From Terracidiphilus sp. (lineage in GTDB: Bacteria > Acidobacteriota > Terriglobia > Terriglobales > Acidobacteriaceae), in assembly GCA_031296305.1 (NCBI GenBank), contig JARLFZ010000003.1, forward strand, positions 20,164-84,163: a stretch of 64,000 bases of DNA. The letters run 5' to 3'. Position numbers and translations under genes: made by a program. Under the pieces are notes generated by a model. That model saw only the letters and a program-made list of their open reading frames with translations. It was not told the origin of the DNA and ran no database searches. Shown here in pieces: positions 39,061 through 48,393 of the stretch (the first letter of the stretch is position 1; each line of letters starts with the position of its first letter).

Positions 39061-40938
39061 ATGGGCGTTACTACGCAATGTGTCAATCTGCTGTTCGGGC
39101 GGCCGCTGGCGACCAGCGAAGAACGCGCAGAGCAAATCGGCCCGCTGGCGGGGATTCCCATCTTCGGCCTGGATGCACTGAGCTCGGCTGCGTACGGGCC
39201 TGAGGCTGCGCTCACGCTTCTGATTCCGCTGGGCCTGCTGGGCGTGAAGTACATCGTGCCAGTGAGCACGGCGATCGTGATCCTGCTGATCATTGTCTAC
39301 TTCAGCTACCGGCAGACTATTGAGGCCTATCCGCGTGGCGGCGGGTCGTACACCGTAGCCAGCCAAAACCTGGGCGAAGGCGCAGGATTGCTGGGCGCCG
39401 CAGCGCTGATGATCGACTACATTCTCACCGCCGCGGTGGGCATCTCGGCGGGCGTGGGCGCTTTGATCTCCGCTGTGCCTTCTTTGCAGCCGCACACCCT
39501 GATGCTGTGCCTCATCGTGCTGGGGATTCTGACGCTCGTGAACATGCGCGGCGTGCATGACACGGGCGTGGTGTTCATGATCCCCACCTATCTGTTCACA
39601 GCCACGTTGCTGATCGTGATTGCGGTGGGCGGATGGCAGGTGGTGCACGCGGCGGGGCATCCTTTGCCGGTGACGCCGATGCCTGCGATTCCACCGGTGA
39701 CTGCGATGTTCAGTTGGTGGCTGATCCTGAAGGTATTCTCTTCGGGTTGCACGGCCATGGCCGGCGTGGAGGCGGTGAGCAACGGCGTGATGGCGTTTCG
39801 CGATCCCACGCGCAAGAACGCCAAAATCACGTTGACCATCATCATTGCGCTGCTGGCGATTCTGCTGCTCGGGATTGCGCTGCTTTGCCGCGCCTACGGT
39901 ATTGCCGCCACCAATCCCGGTGGAGCGGGATACGAGAGCGTGCTCTCCATGCTGACGCGCGCGGTGATGGGCCATGGATGGTTCTATTTTCTGACGATTG
40001 CTTCGGTGCTGCTGGTGTTGGCCCTCTCAGCCAATACCGCGTTCGCCGACTTCCCGCGACTGACGCGCGCCATTGCGCTCGACAACTACATGCCGCGCGT
40101 CTTTCTCATCCGTGGGCGGCGCCTGCTTTACTCGTGGGGCATTTATGTACTCGTGGTGCTGACAGCGCTGCTGCTCGTCGTTTTTGGCGGCGTGACGGAC
40201 CGGCTGATTCCGCTCTACGCGATTGGCGCGTTTATGGCCTTCACGCTTTCGCAGGCGGGCATGGTGATGCACTGGAAGCGCCAGGGCAACGCTCGGGGCC
40301 GCATGTTGGTGAACGGCGTGGGCGCAGTGGCCACGGGCATCACCACGGTGGTGGTGCTGCTGGCCAAATTTGCCGAGGGCGCGTGGGTCACGGTGCTGCT
40401 GATTGCCGTGATGATCGTGTTCATGCGAGCCGTGAATCGCCACTACGTGCGCGTAAACCGCGAGATCGATCTCGACCGGCCGTTTAGTCCCGCCGAGGTC
40501 AGTGAGCCCATCATCATCGTGCCCGTGGACCGCTGGAGCCGCGTCAGCGAGAAGGCTCTCTCTTTCGCATTGTCGATGTCATGCGATATCCGCTGCGTCC
40601 ATGTGCGCCTTAGCGACGACCCAGATCCATTTTGCGATGAGTGGGATAAAGACATTGTGGCGCCGCTCAAGGCCGCGGGGAAGTGTATTCCCAAGCTGAT
40701 TGTGCTCAAATCGCCCTATCGTTATATCCTCTACCCGATTGTCGATTATGTGCTCGAAGTGGAGCGCGAAAGCGAGACCTGCAAGGTCTGCGTGCTGATT
40801 CCGGAACTCGTTGTGCGCCATTGGTGGGATGGCATGCTGCACAACCGCCGCTCCGATCTGCTGAAGGTCATGCTGCTGATGCGCGGCAACCGCCGCATCG
40901 TGGTCATCAACATCCCCTGGTACCTCCAACACGACTGA
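39061..40938 (+). CDS. APC family permease (KimA/YdaO-like)
   Basis: Motifs LDALSSAAYG, AYPRGGGSY, DYILT, GVEAVSNG and LIPLYAIG; cytoplasmic C-terminal domain. Confidence 0.9.
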   Translation: MGVTTQCVNLLFGRPLATSEERAEQIGPLAGIPIFGLDALSSAAYGPEAALTLLIPLGLLGVKYIVPVSTAIVILLIIVYFSYRQTIEAYPRGGGSYTVASQNLGEGAGLLGAAALMIDYILTAAVGISAGVGALISAVPSLQPHTLMLCLIVLGILTLVNMRGVHDTGVVFMIPTYLFTATLLIVIAVGGWQVVHAAGHPLPVTPMPAIPPVTAMFSWWLILKVFSSGCTAMAGVEAVSNGVMAFRDPTRKNAKITLTIIIALLAILLLGIALLCRAYGIAATNPGGAGYESVLSMLTRAVMGHGWFYFLTIASVLLVLALSANTAFADFPRLTRAIALDNYMPRVFLIRGRRLLYSWGIYVLVVLTALLLVVFGGVTDRLIPLYAIGAFMAFTLSQAGMVMHWKRQGNARGRMLVNGVGAVATGITTVVVLLAKFAEGAWVTVLLIAVMIVFMRAVNRHYVRVNREIDLDRPFSPAEVSEPIIIVPVDRWSRVSEKALSFALSMSCDIRCVHVRLSDDPDPFCDEWDKDIVAPLKAAGKCIPKLIVLKSPYRYILYPIVDYVLEVERESETCKVCVLIPELVVRHWWDGMLHNRRSDLLKVMLLMRGNRRIVVINIPWYLQHD

Positions 40939-41158
40939 TCCGTGTCCGCGGACGAGTCTCGTGCTATCTTTCCGGCGCAGCGTCCGTCCCAAGAAGAAAG
41001 GTTCTGGAAGAAAAGGCTGCGCCGGGGGCCTGCCTGCGGGGCATTTCACGGCCTGAGGGGCTTCGTGAAAGGCGGGGGGAAAGGATAGTCTAAGAGGGTA
41101 CCGGAAACCAGCCGGAAGATGCCTGCTGCGGTTCGAAACCCGGCGGCCACAGGTTTGT

Positions 41159-41803
41159 TTGAGCATGGTAGCGTTTGAGGAGATTTTCAAGTTGAACAGA
41201 ACGATCCTATTTCGAATTTCGGCCATGGTTGTGGTGGCTCTTGCGCCCCTGGCAGCCGTTGGTCAGGTGAACCCAGAGGCGGCGCAAGGTCCCGGGCAGG
41301 CCGCACCTTACAAGTACGAGGTTTACGCAGGCGCAGCCTATAGCCGCTTCAGGCAGGCAACCGAGTCGTATAGCGGATTGCTGGGCGGCAAGGTGCAAGT
41401 GGCACGCGATTGGGGAAAATATTTTCAGCTCATCGCTTCGGGCGACTACTACACGGTGGGAACGGGCCACGCCCATTTGCCAAGTCCCGGCCACCCCTCA
41501 ATCTACTCGTTCATGGTGGGGCCGGGATTGCACGCGAACCTCTACGGAAACCTCAGCGGTGAGATATTCGCGGAAGTGGGCGGAGAGCATACTGGCGGCG
41601 AGGGCATGACGCCCAGTATCTCGTTTGCAGGTGGCTTTGGCGGAGGCTTGACCTACGACCTGACCCGCAAGTTTGCCGTGCGGCTGGCCGGCGATCGCGT
41701 CGGCGCATCGTTCTCACTGGCCAACAATACTCCGCAGCTCGCTTACTCGACGCACCGGACCTGGAACGCGCGCGGCACGATCGGCGTGGTGTACCGGTTC
41801 TAA
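41159..41803 (+). CDS. Small outer-membrane beta-barrel protein; start uncertain
   Basis: Signal peptide, amphipathic strands, C-terminal GVVYRF. Confidence 0.8.
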   Translation: MSMVAFEEIFKLNRTILFRISAMVVVALAPLAAVGQVNPEAAQGPGQAAPYKYEVYAGAAYSRFRQATESYSGLLGGKVQVARDWGKYFQLIASGDYYTVGTGHAHLPSPGHPSIYSFMVGPGLHANLYGNLSGEIFAEVGGEHTGGEGMTPSISFAGGFGGGLTYDLTRKFAVRLAGDRVGASFSLANNTPQLAYSTHRTWNARGTIGVVYRF

Positions 41804-41805
41804 AA

Positions 41806-41964
41806 GACAGGGAACAAGGGAACAAGGGAACAAGGGAGCCAGAAGCTAGTTCAAGGAGTTGAGAAAGCCCCTTCGCGCTTTCAGTTCTTCACCTTTCCAT
41901 ATCACTCTGATCCTCGCTCCCGGCCTTCTTGTTCCCTTGTTCCCTTGTTCCATGGTTCCCTGTC
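41806..41964. repeat. MITE-like element whose terminal inverted repeats are GGGAACAA octamer tandems
   Basis: GACAGGGAACAAGGGAACAAGGGAACAAGGG ... CTTGTTCCCTTGTTCCCTTGTTCCATGGTTCCCTGTC between convergent stop codons. Confidence 0.7.
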
Positions 41965-42765
41965 CTAATGAAGCCAGCGAACGCTGGAGGGCGTGCGGGG
42001 CTGCAAGGGCACGACGATGAAGCCTTCGCGCCAATGGCCGTGTTCGCGATGCGGCGGGTTGCCAACAATGCGCATGGCTGCTTGGTTGTGTTCTTCCAAA
42101 GCCAGGCCGGCCAAGCCGCCCACGATGGCCTGCAACTGGTTGTGATTGGGCGGGCGGTTGGTGGTGAAGGGAACCACCGCGCGCAGGGACGCGTAGGCCT
42201 CGGCCAGATCGCTGACGCGGGCGCGGCGCTTGGCGGGCAGCGGTTTCAATTCCAGAGACTTCCAGGCGGCGTGGGGATAGCTCTCCACGAGCACGCGCTC
42301 GAGCGACGCGGCCGCCGGCTCTGGTGACTCGGGTTGCGGCCGGGTACGAAGACGGCGCCAGCCGCGGCGGCAGAGCGCATCGTAGACATCCATGCAGAAT
42401 TCAGCAAACGACCTGTAGGTGGCCGGCTTGACCATGCCGGGCAGGCCGGTTTTGGCGGCAGTGTTCAATTGGCGCTCGCTGACGCGCGCGTGCTGGAGGC
42501 CGTTTTCGGCAGATTTCCATGCCTGGGGACCGTCGAGCATAACAATGCGGATGTTGCGCACCGCACAAAGGTGATTGAGGCGTCCGGCAAGAATCTCGGG
42601 TTCGATGGAACTGTGGCGTTCCGCGACGCCGGGCCCAGGAGGGCCGAGGGGAAGAATTTCGCAGGTGACGGGCGGGTTGGGCAGAGGCGAGGAAGCGCGG
42701 CTGAGAACCACGACGCCGAGATCGGACCAACGGCGGAAGGCGAGATCGACAGAGAGCACGGCCAT
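41965..42765 (-). CDS. DUF429-like protein (predicted RNase H-fold)
   Basis: Motifs VLSVDLA, MLDGPQAW and LVESYPHAAW; C-terminal EGFIVVP; start moved to ATG 42765. Confidence 0.6.
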   Translation of the reverse strand: MAVLSVDLAFRRWSDLGVVVLSRASSPLPNPPVTCEILPLGPPGPGVAERHSSIEPEILAGRLNHLCAVRNIRIVMLDGPQAWKSAENGLQHARVSERQLNTAAKTGLPGMVKPATYRSFAEFCMDVYDALCRRGWRRLRTRPQPESPEPAAASLERVLVESYPHAAWKSLELKPLPAKRRARVSDLAEAYASLRAVVPFTTNRPPNHNQLQAIVGGLAGLALEEHNQAAMRIVGNPPHREHGHWREGFIVVPLQPRTPSSVRWLH

Positions 42766-42910
42766 ATTTCTGAGGGTACGGCCGGGCTGGGCGGTTGCGG
42801 CGCAGAGAATTCTGCGTGACAGGATGGGTCTGCGCTGATTTGAGACTGCTGACCAAAATGGAACGGCGGCGATGCGAGCTTGGCCCGATCTCGGACTCAA
42901 GGATGGCTGC

Positions 42911-42944
42911 AAAAAGAAGGCGGGGGATGCGTCGCATCCCCCGC
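42911..42944 (-). terminator. Rho-independent terminator of the TonB receptor gene
   Basis: GCGGGGGATGC-N3-GCATCCCCCGC hairpin followed by a U-rich tract on the minus strand. Confidence 0.8.
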
Positions 42945-42976
42945 TAGGTTAGAGAAATTTGCGTTTCCGGAAATCG

Positions 42977-45900
42977 CTAGAACGACAGGTGCGCGCCCAC
43001 CTGGAATTGACGTGAGTTGGTACCGCTGTAAACACCGTTCGTCTTGCCGAAAGATCCTGAAGTCGGACTGACGGTCGGCGTGTTGTACTGCGGCCGGTTC
43101 AGCAGGTTGAAGCAATCCAGGCGCAGTTGCAGGTCGACATTTTCCCAGCTCTTGATGTCTTTTTGCACGTTGCCGTCCCAGTCGCTGGTGAAGTCCTGGC
43201 GCAAAAGGTACGCCGGGAAGGTGCGGTAGTTGTAGCTGTTCGGCTGAATGTTGGGATTGAACTTCGCGCCATCGAGGGGGTTGTTGTCGACAGCTATGGC
43301 GCTGTTCGTCACCGTGCGCGTGTCAAAGACCGACGTGTTGAAGACCGTCTGACCGTTTACGTTGGCTGCGCTGTGCTGCACATTGTGGAAGTCCTTCCAG
43401 GTGGTTCCCGTGTAGATCACATTTCCCCACGACATGGGCGTACCGGAGAGGAACTGGTAGATCGCCGAGATCTGCCACCCTCCAACGAAGCCGTCGAGGA
43501 TGCGATTGTCATTCGAGAAGAACTGGCGTCCGCGGCCAACCGGGATTTGATAGGTCCCGTAGCCCGCGAAGTGGAACGGATAATCGGACGTGGTTTCGCC
43601 GTAGCCGGGGCGGAGCGGGCCGCCCGCGTTGAGCTGGTTGAATGTGCCGAGCTGACGCGACCACTCAAAGACACCGTTGATGGTAAGACCGTGCCCCAGG
43701 AGCTTGGCAACGCGCGCGTTGAGCGCATTGTAGGTCGATTCTTGTCCCGGAATCAGTTGTTCTGTAACTGAAGTGAACTCGGGCCAGGTCATCAGATACT
43801 GGCTGGGAGCAATCGTGCTATTGGAGGAGAGGCCAGTCACCCCGGCCACGCCCTTGAAGGGATTCGTAATGTTGGTGGTCGCCGGGCCGCCCGTGTAACT
43901 GGACCCGCTCAGCAGGTTGGTCGCAGGAATGTTGTAGTACTGCGAGCTGCTCAGGTAGGGCAGGAGCGGAATCGCGTCAACTGCGTTGGAGTAGGAGAGA
44001 TGGACCCCGTGATTATTGAGGAAGCCCAGGTCGATAAGGATGGTGTTTCCAATCTGGTACTGCACGTCGATGCTGGTGCGCTCCGAATACGGCACCTTCA
44101 ACCTCGACGGATAGTAGACTACCTTGGCGCCGAGGTTGGTGTTGATGCCGAGGGCGTTGCCCGTCGGTTGCTGAATCGGGTTTACGGCCGGCGCAGTTGA
44201 TGACGTTGGGAACGGGTCGGTGATCACATTGTTGGTCATCTTGCTATTCGAAGTCCCAACATATGCGGTTGTGGCGGAATAGCCGTAGGTCTGGCTGGTG
44301 TTGTAGTCATTGAAGGGGTTGTTGTAAATGCCGAAGCCCATACGCACCACGCCCTTGCCGTGCGTGAAACCAGGCGACCATGTGATGCCGAGCCGTGGGC
44401 CGTAGTAAACCGGGGGCAAGGTATATGCGTAGCGATTGCTCGACGACGTATAAGTCACGCCCCCGACAGGCAGGAACGACCCAGTTGGCAACAGCGCGGT
44501 ACACGTCGCCGTGCAATCCGTCTTGTAGTTTGTCTCGGCCGGGGCCGTCGCCTCGTTCGTAACCGTTGTATTGAAGCCGCTGGTGATGCGGTTCTGGCTT
44601 TCGTTCACAGGAAGCTCATGCTCGAAGCGGATGCCGATGCTGACCGTCAGGTTGGGCTTCACCTTCCAGTCGTCCTGCACAAAGTAGCCGTTGAAAAAGC
44701 TGTTGTATTGGAACGGCACGCCGATGTCTTCTTCGCCGCCAGACGGTATGCCGAGCATGAACTGGGCGAACGCACTGCCAAAGGGGGCGGCAGCCGCGGT
44801 ATTGCTGGCCGTCACGGGATTGCCGCTAGCGTTGGTAAATGAGAAGTCTCCGTCGGCGTAGCTGGGCGTAAGAAACGAATATTTGTACGCTCTCAGGTCG
44901 ATGCCGCCGAGGATGGTGTGCGACTTGTAAATCTTGGTCGCCACGGAAAAAAGCTGGATGGTGTCGAAGTTCTCAATCGTTCCCAGCTTTGCGCTATAGG
45001 ATTGGGGACTGGTCGCATCGGTGAAAGAGATGTACGGAATGGCGAGCGCCGTGGAGTTCTGCGCCAGGTAGCCCGGGAAACCCAGCGACGTCGGGCTGAT
45101 CCCCGAGCTGCTCAGGGCGTTGCTGTTGTCATAACGCGTAATGCTGCCCCGCGTGTCAAGGAAGAACGTCGGCGAGAAAGTATGAATCTCATCCACTTGG
45201 CCGCCGGCCATAATTTGGTCGCTGGTGGTACCGTTTAGCTGATTGTGGAATTCGTTGCTTTGCGAATTCAGGTACCGGCTACGGTGCGCCTCGCCAAAAA
45301 TCTTGTCCCTGCTGCTGATGTTCCAGTCGATGCGTCCCGAGTGCGAGCGGTAATCCTGGATGGTCGGCACAAACGTGAAGTAATTGTTTTGTCCGTCCGC
45401 GGTGGTCGTAGCGCCGCTGTAGTTCGGCAGCGGGACCAGCTTCATGTAGGCCTGGGCAATGGGGTTCACCGTCAATCCCGCGTTGGCGAAATTATTCCCG
45501 GGAATCGCTGTTCTCGTGTAGTTCGAGGTGGTTCCGGTTGCCGTGTTCGGGTTGTAGAGCTGGTATGAGCTGTTGATGCCGGTGCTCGTAGCATTATTCC
45601 AAAGGGCCGAAAAATCGCCGTTGCGCTCTGCCTGCGTGGGCACGCTGGTAATGGACTGCGCAGCCGGTGGCTGGCCGCGAAAGGTCTCGTATGCGTAGAA
45701 GAAAAAGAGCTTGTTATGGCCGTTAAAGATCTTGGGGATCCAGATGGGCCCGCCGATCGTGCCGCCAAACTGGTTGGTGTGACTGCCCGACGGAATGCCG
45801 CTGCCCACCGCCGTGGTATAGGGGAGAGCATTCATCCAGGTGCATTTGTCAACCGCTCGGCTTGTGAACTTGACGCTGGTACCCAAAGCATTCGTGCAGC

Positions 45901-46681
45901 CGACATCCTCGTATTCCCACCGCGCGGAGCCGTGGAACTGGTTGGTGCCGCTCTTGGTGGTCAGGTTCACCGTGCCGCCTGAGGTGTCGCCGTATTCCAC
46001 GTTGGCGCCGAAGACGTCCACGCGGATCTCGTTGACCGAGTCGAGTTGCGGGCTGTAGCCGGCGGTACGGCCGCTATCCTGCATATTCGGGACGCCATTC
46101 AGCAGGATTTCGTTCGACGATGAGTTGCCGCCGCCCAGTGAGAAGTCGTCGACCGTACTGTTGCTGGTCGGGTTCGCGGCGCCGAGCGCGTGCTTGGCCT
46201 TGACCACTGTGCCGTACTCGATGCGGGCGAAGCCCAGTGGCGTGCCACCGTTGCTGGGCAGGTCCTCGACCTGGTCGGTGGTCAGCACCTGGCCCGAAGA
46301 CGCGTCGGCCGTGTCGATGAGCGGAGGCGCAGCCGTAACCGTGATCTGCTCCGAGGTCGCGCCGATCTCGAGCTTGATGTTGATGGTCACGTTCTGCTGC
46401 GTCTCAACCTTGATGCCCGCCCGTTCAAAGCCCTTGAATCCCTGGGCATTCACTCTCACGGTGTACCCGCCCGGCAAAAGGGCCGGAACCGTGTAATAGC
46501 CATCCTCTGTCGTGTTCACATTTGAGATCGCGCCGGTATCGGTGCTGGTCACCGTGACGGCGGCATTCGAAATGACTGCCCCGGTCGGGTCGGTAACCTG
46601 CCCGGTGATCGAGCCGCGCAGGTTCTGTGCGTAAGCGTACGATCCCACCAGAACGAGAAGAAACAATACAAAGCGCTTCAC
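42977..46681 (-). CDS. TonB-dependent receptor (Oar-type, N-terminal carboxypeptidase-regulatory-like domain)
   Basis: GSITGQVTDPTGAVI, TKSGTNQFHGS, NQFGGTIGGP, FVQDDWKV, FNLLN and C-terminal LSF; AGGAGG 6 nt before GTG 46681. Confidence 0.93.
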   Translation of the reverse strand: MKRFVLFLLVLVGSYAYAQNLRGSITGQVTDPTGAVISNAAVTVTSTDTGAISNVNTTEDGYYTVPALLPGGYTVRVNAQGFKGFERAGIKVETQQNVTINIKLEIGATSEQITVTAAPPLIDTADASSGQVLTTDQVEDLPSNGGTPLGFARIEYGTVVKAKHALGAANPTSNSTVDDFSLGGGNSSSNEILLNGVPNMQDSGRTAGYSPQLDSVNEIRVDVFGANVEYGDTSGGTVNLTTKSGTNQFHGSARWEYEDVGCTNALGTSVKFTSRAVDKCTWMNALPYTTAVGSGIPSGSHTNQFGGTIGGPIWIPKIFNGHNKLFFFYAYETFRGQPPAAQSITSVPTQAERNGDFSALWNNATSTGINSSYQLYNPNTATGTTSNYTRTAIPGNNFANAGLTVNPIAQAYMKLVPLPNYSGATTTADGQNNYFTFVPTIQDYRSHSGRIDWNISSRDKIFGEAHRSRYLNSQSNEFHNQLNGTTSDQIMAGGQVDEIHTFSPTFFLDTRGSITRYDNSNALSSSGISPTSLGFPGYLAQNSTALAIPYISFTDATSPQSYSAKLGTIENFDTIQLFSVATKIYKSHTILGGIDLRAYKYSFLTPSYADGDFSFTNASGNPVTASNTAAAAPFGSAFAQFMLGIPSGGEEDIGVPFQYNSFFNGYFVQDDWKVKPNLTVSIGIRFEHELPVNESQNRITSGFNTTVTNEATAPAETNYKTDCTATCTALLPTGSFLPVGGVTYTSSSNRYAYTLPPVYYGPRLGITWSPGFTHGKGVVRMGFGIYNNPFNDYNTSQTYGYSATTAYVGTSNSKMTNNVITDPFPTSSTAPAVNPIQQPTGNALGINTNLGAKVVYYPSRLKVPYSERTSIDVQYQIGNTILIDLGFLNNHGVHLSYSNAVDAIPLLPYLSSSQYYNIPATNLLSGSSYTGGPATTNITNPFKGVAGVTGLSSNSTIAPSQYLMTWPEFTSVTEQLIPGQESTYNALNARVAKLLGHGLTINGVFEWSRQLGTFNQLNAGGPLRPGYGETTSDYPFHFAGYGTYQIPVGRGRQFFSNDNRILDGFVGGWQISAIYQFLSGTPMSWGNVIYTGTTWKDFHNVQHSAANVNGQTVFNTSVFDTRTVTNSAIAVDNNPLDGAKFNPNIQPNSYNYRTFPAYLLRQDFTSDWDGNVQKDIKSWENVDLQLRLDCFNLLNRPQYNTPTVSPTSGSFGKTNGVYSGTNSRQFQVGAHLSF

Positions 46682-47294
46682 TAGATGCCTCCTATTCACT
46701 GTTTCACTGTCGCGATTTTTTAAAAGTGCCTGTGAGTTTGAGTCCCAGCGATCAATTGCAAGACGTGCGTTTGCTGGCACGCGAAAAGGCGGCCAGTGAA
46801 GCGACCCTGAGATCGAATACGAGAGATCGCTCCATGCGGGAAACTTTGTCTTGCCTGTTTTGCCATCCGGGCAGTTAGCGGTTACTGGAACATTCGCCAA
46901 GGTAATGAGGCAGAGATACGAGTGTCAAGAAGAATCGGAGAACTAGTAGCGCTTTTTGAAAGTTAAAGCAGTTGAATCCGCAAATTGCCTGAAATATCGG
47001 GAACCGCCTCGGAAATCCTGTCAGACTGGCTTCGTATATTCCGCCGGCCGGAATCAACTTTTCCGATTTCGCACGTCATTCGCCCGGCTTATAGATGGCG
47101 GTCTTCTTCCGTGCCAGCGCGGTCCAGAGAACGAAATTTGGCGCTAAGCGCGGACCGCAGAGGCTTGGGAAAGTGTAATGCGGGCAAGGCGCGCCAAGGT
47201 GCGCCGTGATGGCGGAATGAGTGAAGGATGGCCGAGTGCGGAGGCGCCGTGGAAATTGCTTCCGCTAATTTTCAATCGTTCATGACCCCGTGAT

Positions 47295-48128
47295 TCAAAG
47301 CGCGGAGGCGCGGACCGCAGCCTCGAGCACGGCCTTGCGAGTCTCTTCTTCTCGCTCGGGAGTCATGCGAACAACGGGAGTGGAGAGGCTGATAGCTGCT
47401 ACGACGGGACCTTCGGCTGGGCGGAGTGCGGCGCTATAGCAGATACCGCCCAGGATCGATTCCTGACGATCGCAGGCGATACCAGTGGAGCGGATCTGGG
47501 CGAATTCATCGAACAGGCGCGCGCGATCCGTGATGGTGAACTCGGTACGGCGCGACAGGCCGTAAACCTCGACGATTTGCTCGGCCAGGGCACGGTCTTG
47601 ATACGCGGTGATGGCCTTGCCCATGGCACTGCAATGCGGCGGCAGGACGCGGCCGATGCGGTTCGAAATGCGGATTTCATGGAAGGTTTCAATGGAATCG
47701 AGGACGTGGATGCGATCGTCGTAAAGGTAGGCCATGCTGACAGTTTCATTGAAGCGCCGCGTGAGCCGCTCCAATTCGGGGCGCACCCTGTCGCGCAACA
47801 CGTTGGCCTGCTCGACCAGCCAGCCAAAGCGAAGCTTGGGGGCGAGCTGGTAGGTTCCGTCAACGGCCTGCTTCAGATAGCCGTGCTTTTCGAGCGTCAG
47901 CAAAACTCGGAACAGCGTGGATTCAGGAAGTCCGGTCGAGAAGCCAATTTCCTTGAGCGCCAGCGGCGCCGTACCGTTGAAACAGTCGAGCACCTCAAGC
48001 GCGCGACCGATGGAGCGCAGGTAATACTGCTCGTTGGCTGCGGAGTCATTGGAGTGAAGGGCCCATTTGGGGATGCGACGCCGCGCGGTCTTGCGTTGCG
48101 CGGGGGAGGAGTCTGTCTTGCTTTTCAT
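47295..48128 (-). CDS. IclR family transcriptional regulator
   Basis: SIGRALEVL, HTH GLPESTLFRVLLTL and HCSAMGKA. Confidence 0.93.
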   Translation of the reverse strand: MKSKTDSSPAQRKTARRRIPKWALHSNDSAANEQYYLRSIGRALEVLDCFNGTAPLALKEIGFSTGLPESTLFRVLLTLEKHGYLKQAVDGTYQLAPKLRFGWLVEQANVLRDRVRPELERLTRRFNETVSMAYLYDDRIHVLDSIETFHEIRISNRIGRVLPPHCSAMGKAITAYQDRALAEQIVEVYGLSRRTEFTITDRARLFDEFAQIRSTGIACDRQESILGGICYSAALRPAEGPVVAAISLSTPVVRMTPEREEETRKAVLEAAVRASAL

Positions 48129-48230
48129 GAAGGGACCGCACCTTTACTTTGAGACGATGAGAGCGTGTTCTCGCAATTTATACGCTGTTCGGACCATTGT
48201 GTGCAATAATTTTCATTTTCTATATTTGGT

Positions 48231-48259
48231 TTGACACTCAGGTGGAAGCTGTGTAGAAC
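48231..48259 (+). promoter_or_regulatory. Candidate sigma70 promoter TTGACA-N17-TAGAAC
   Basis: Perfect -35, 17-bp spacer and TG extension upstream of 48394. Confidence 0.55.
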
Positions 48260-48393
48260 AGGCTTTGCCTCGAGATGGTCGCGGTTTCAACCACCGGAAC
48301 GAGGATCGCTTCGGGGCCGGATTGACCGCGGGCCGGCGCCCAAGCCCGGTGAAGGACCCGGTGAGTTGGGCTGGCCGCAGGAAGTGAGGAACG

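Noticed and set aside
41806-41964. Possible CRISPR array
   Set aside because: Units are 8 bp, contiguous and without spacers; no cas genes in the window.
46682-46900. 73-aa N-terminal extension of the TonB receptor
   Set aside because: A strong SD and signal peptide begin at GTG 46681.
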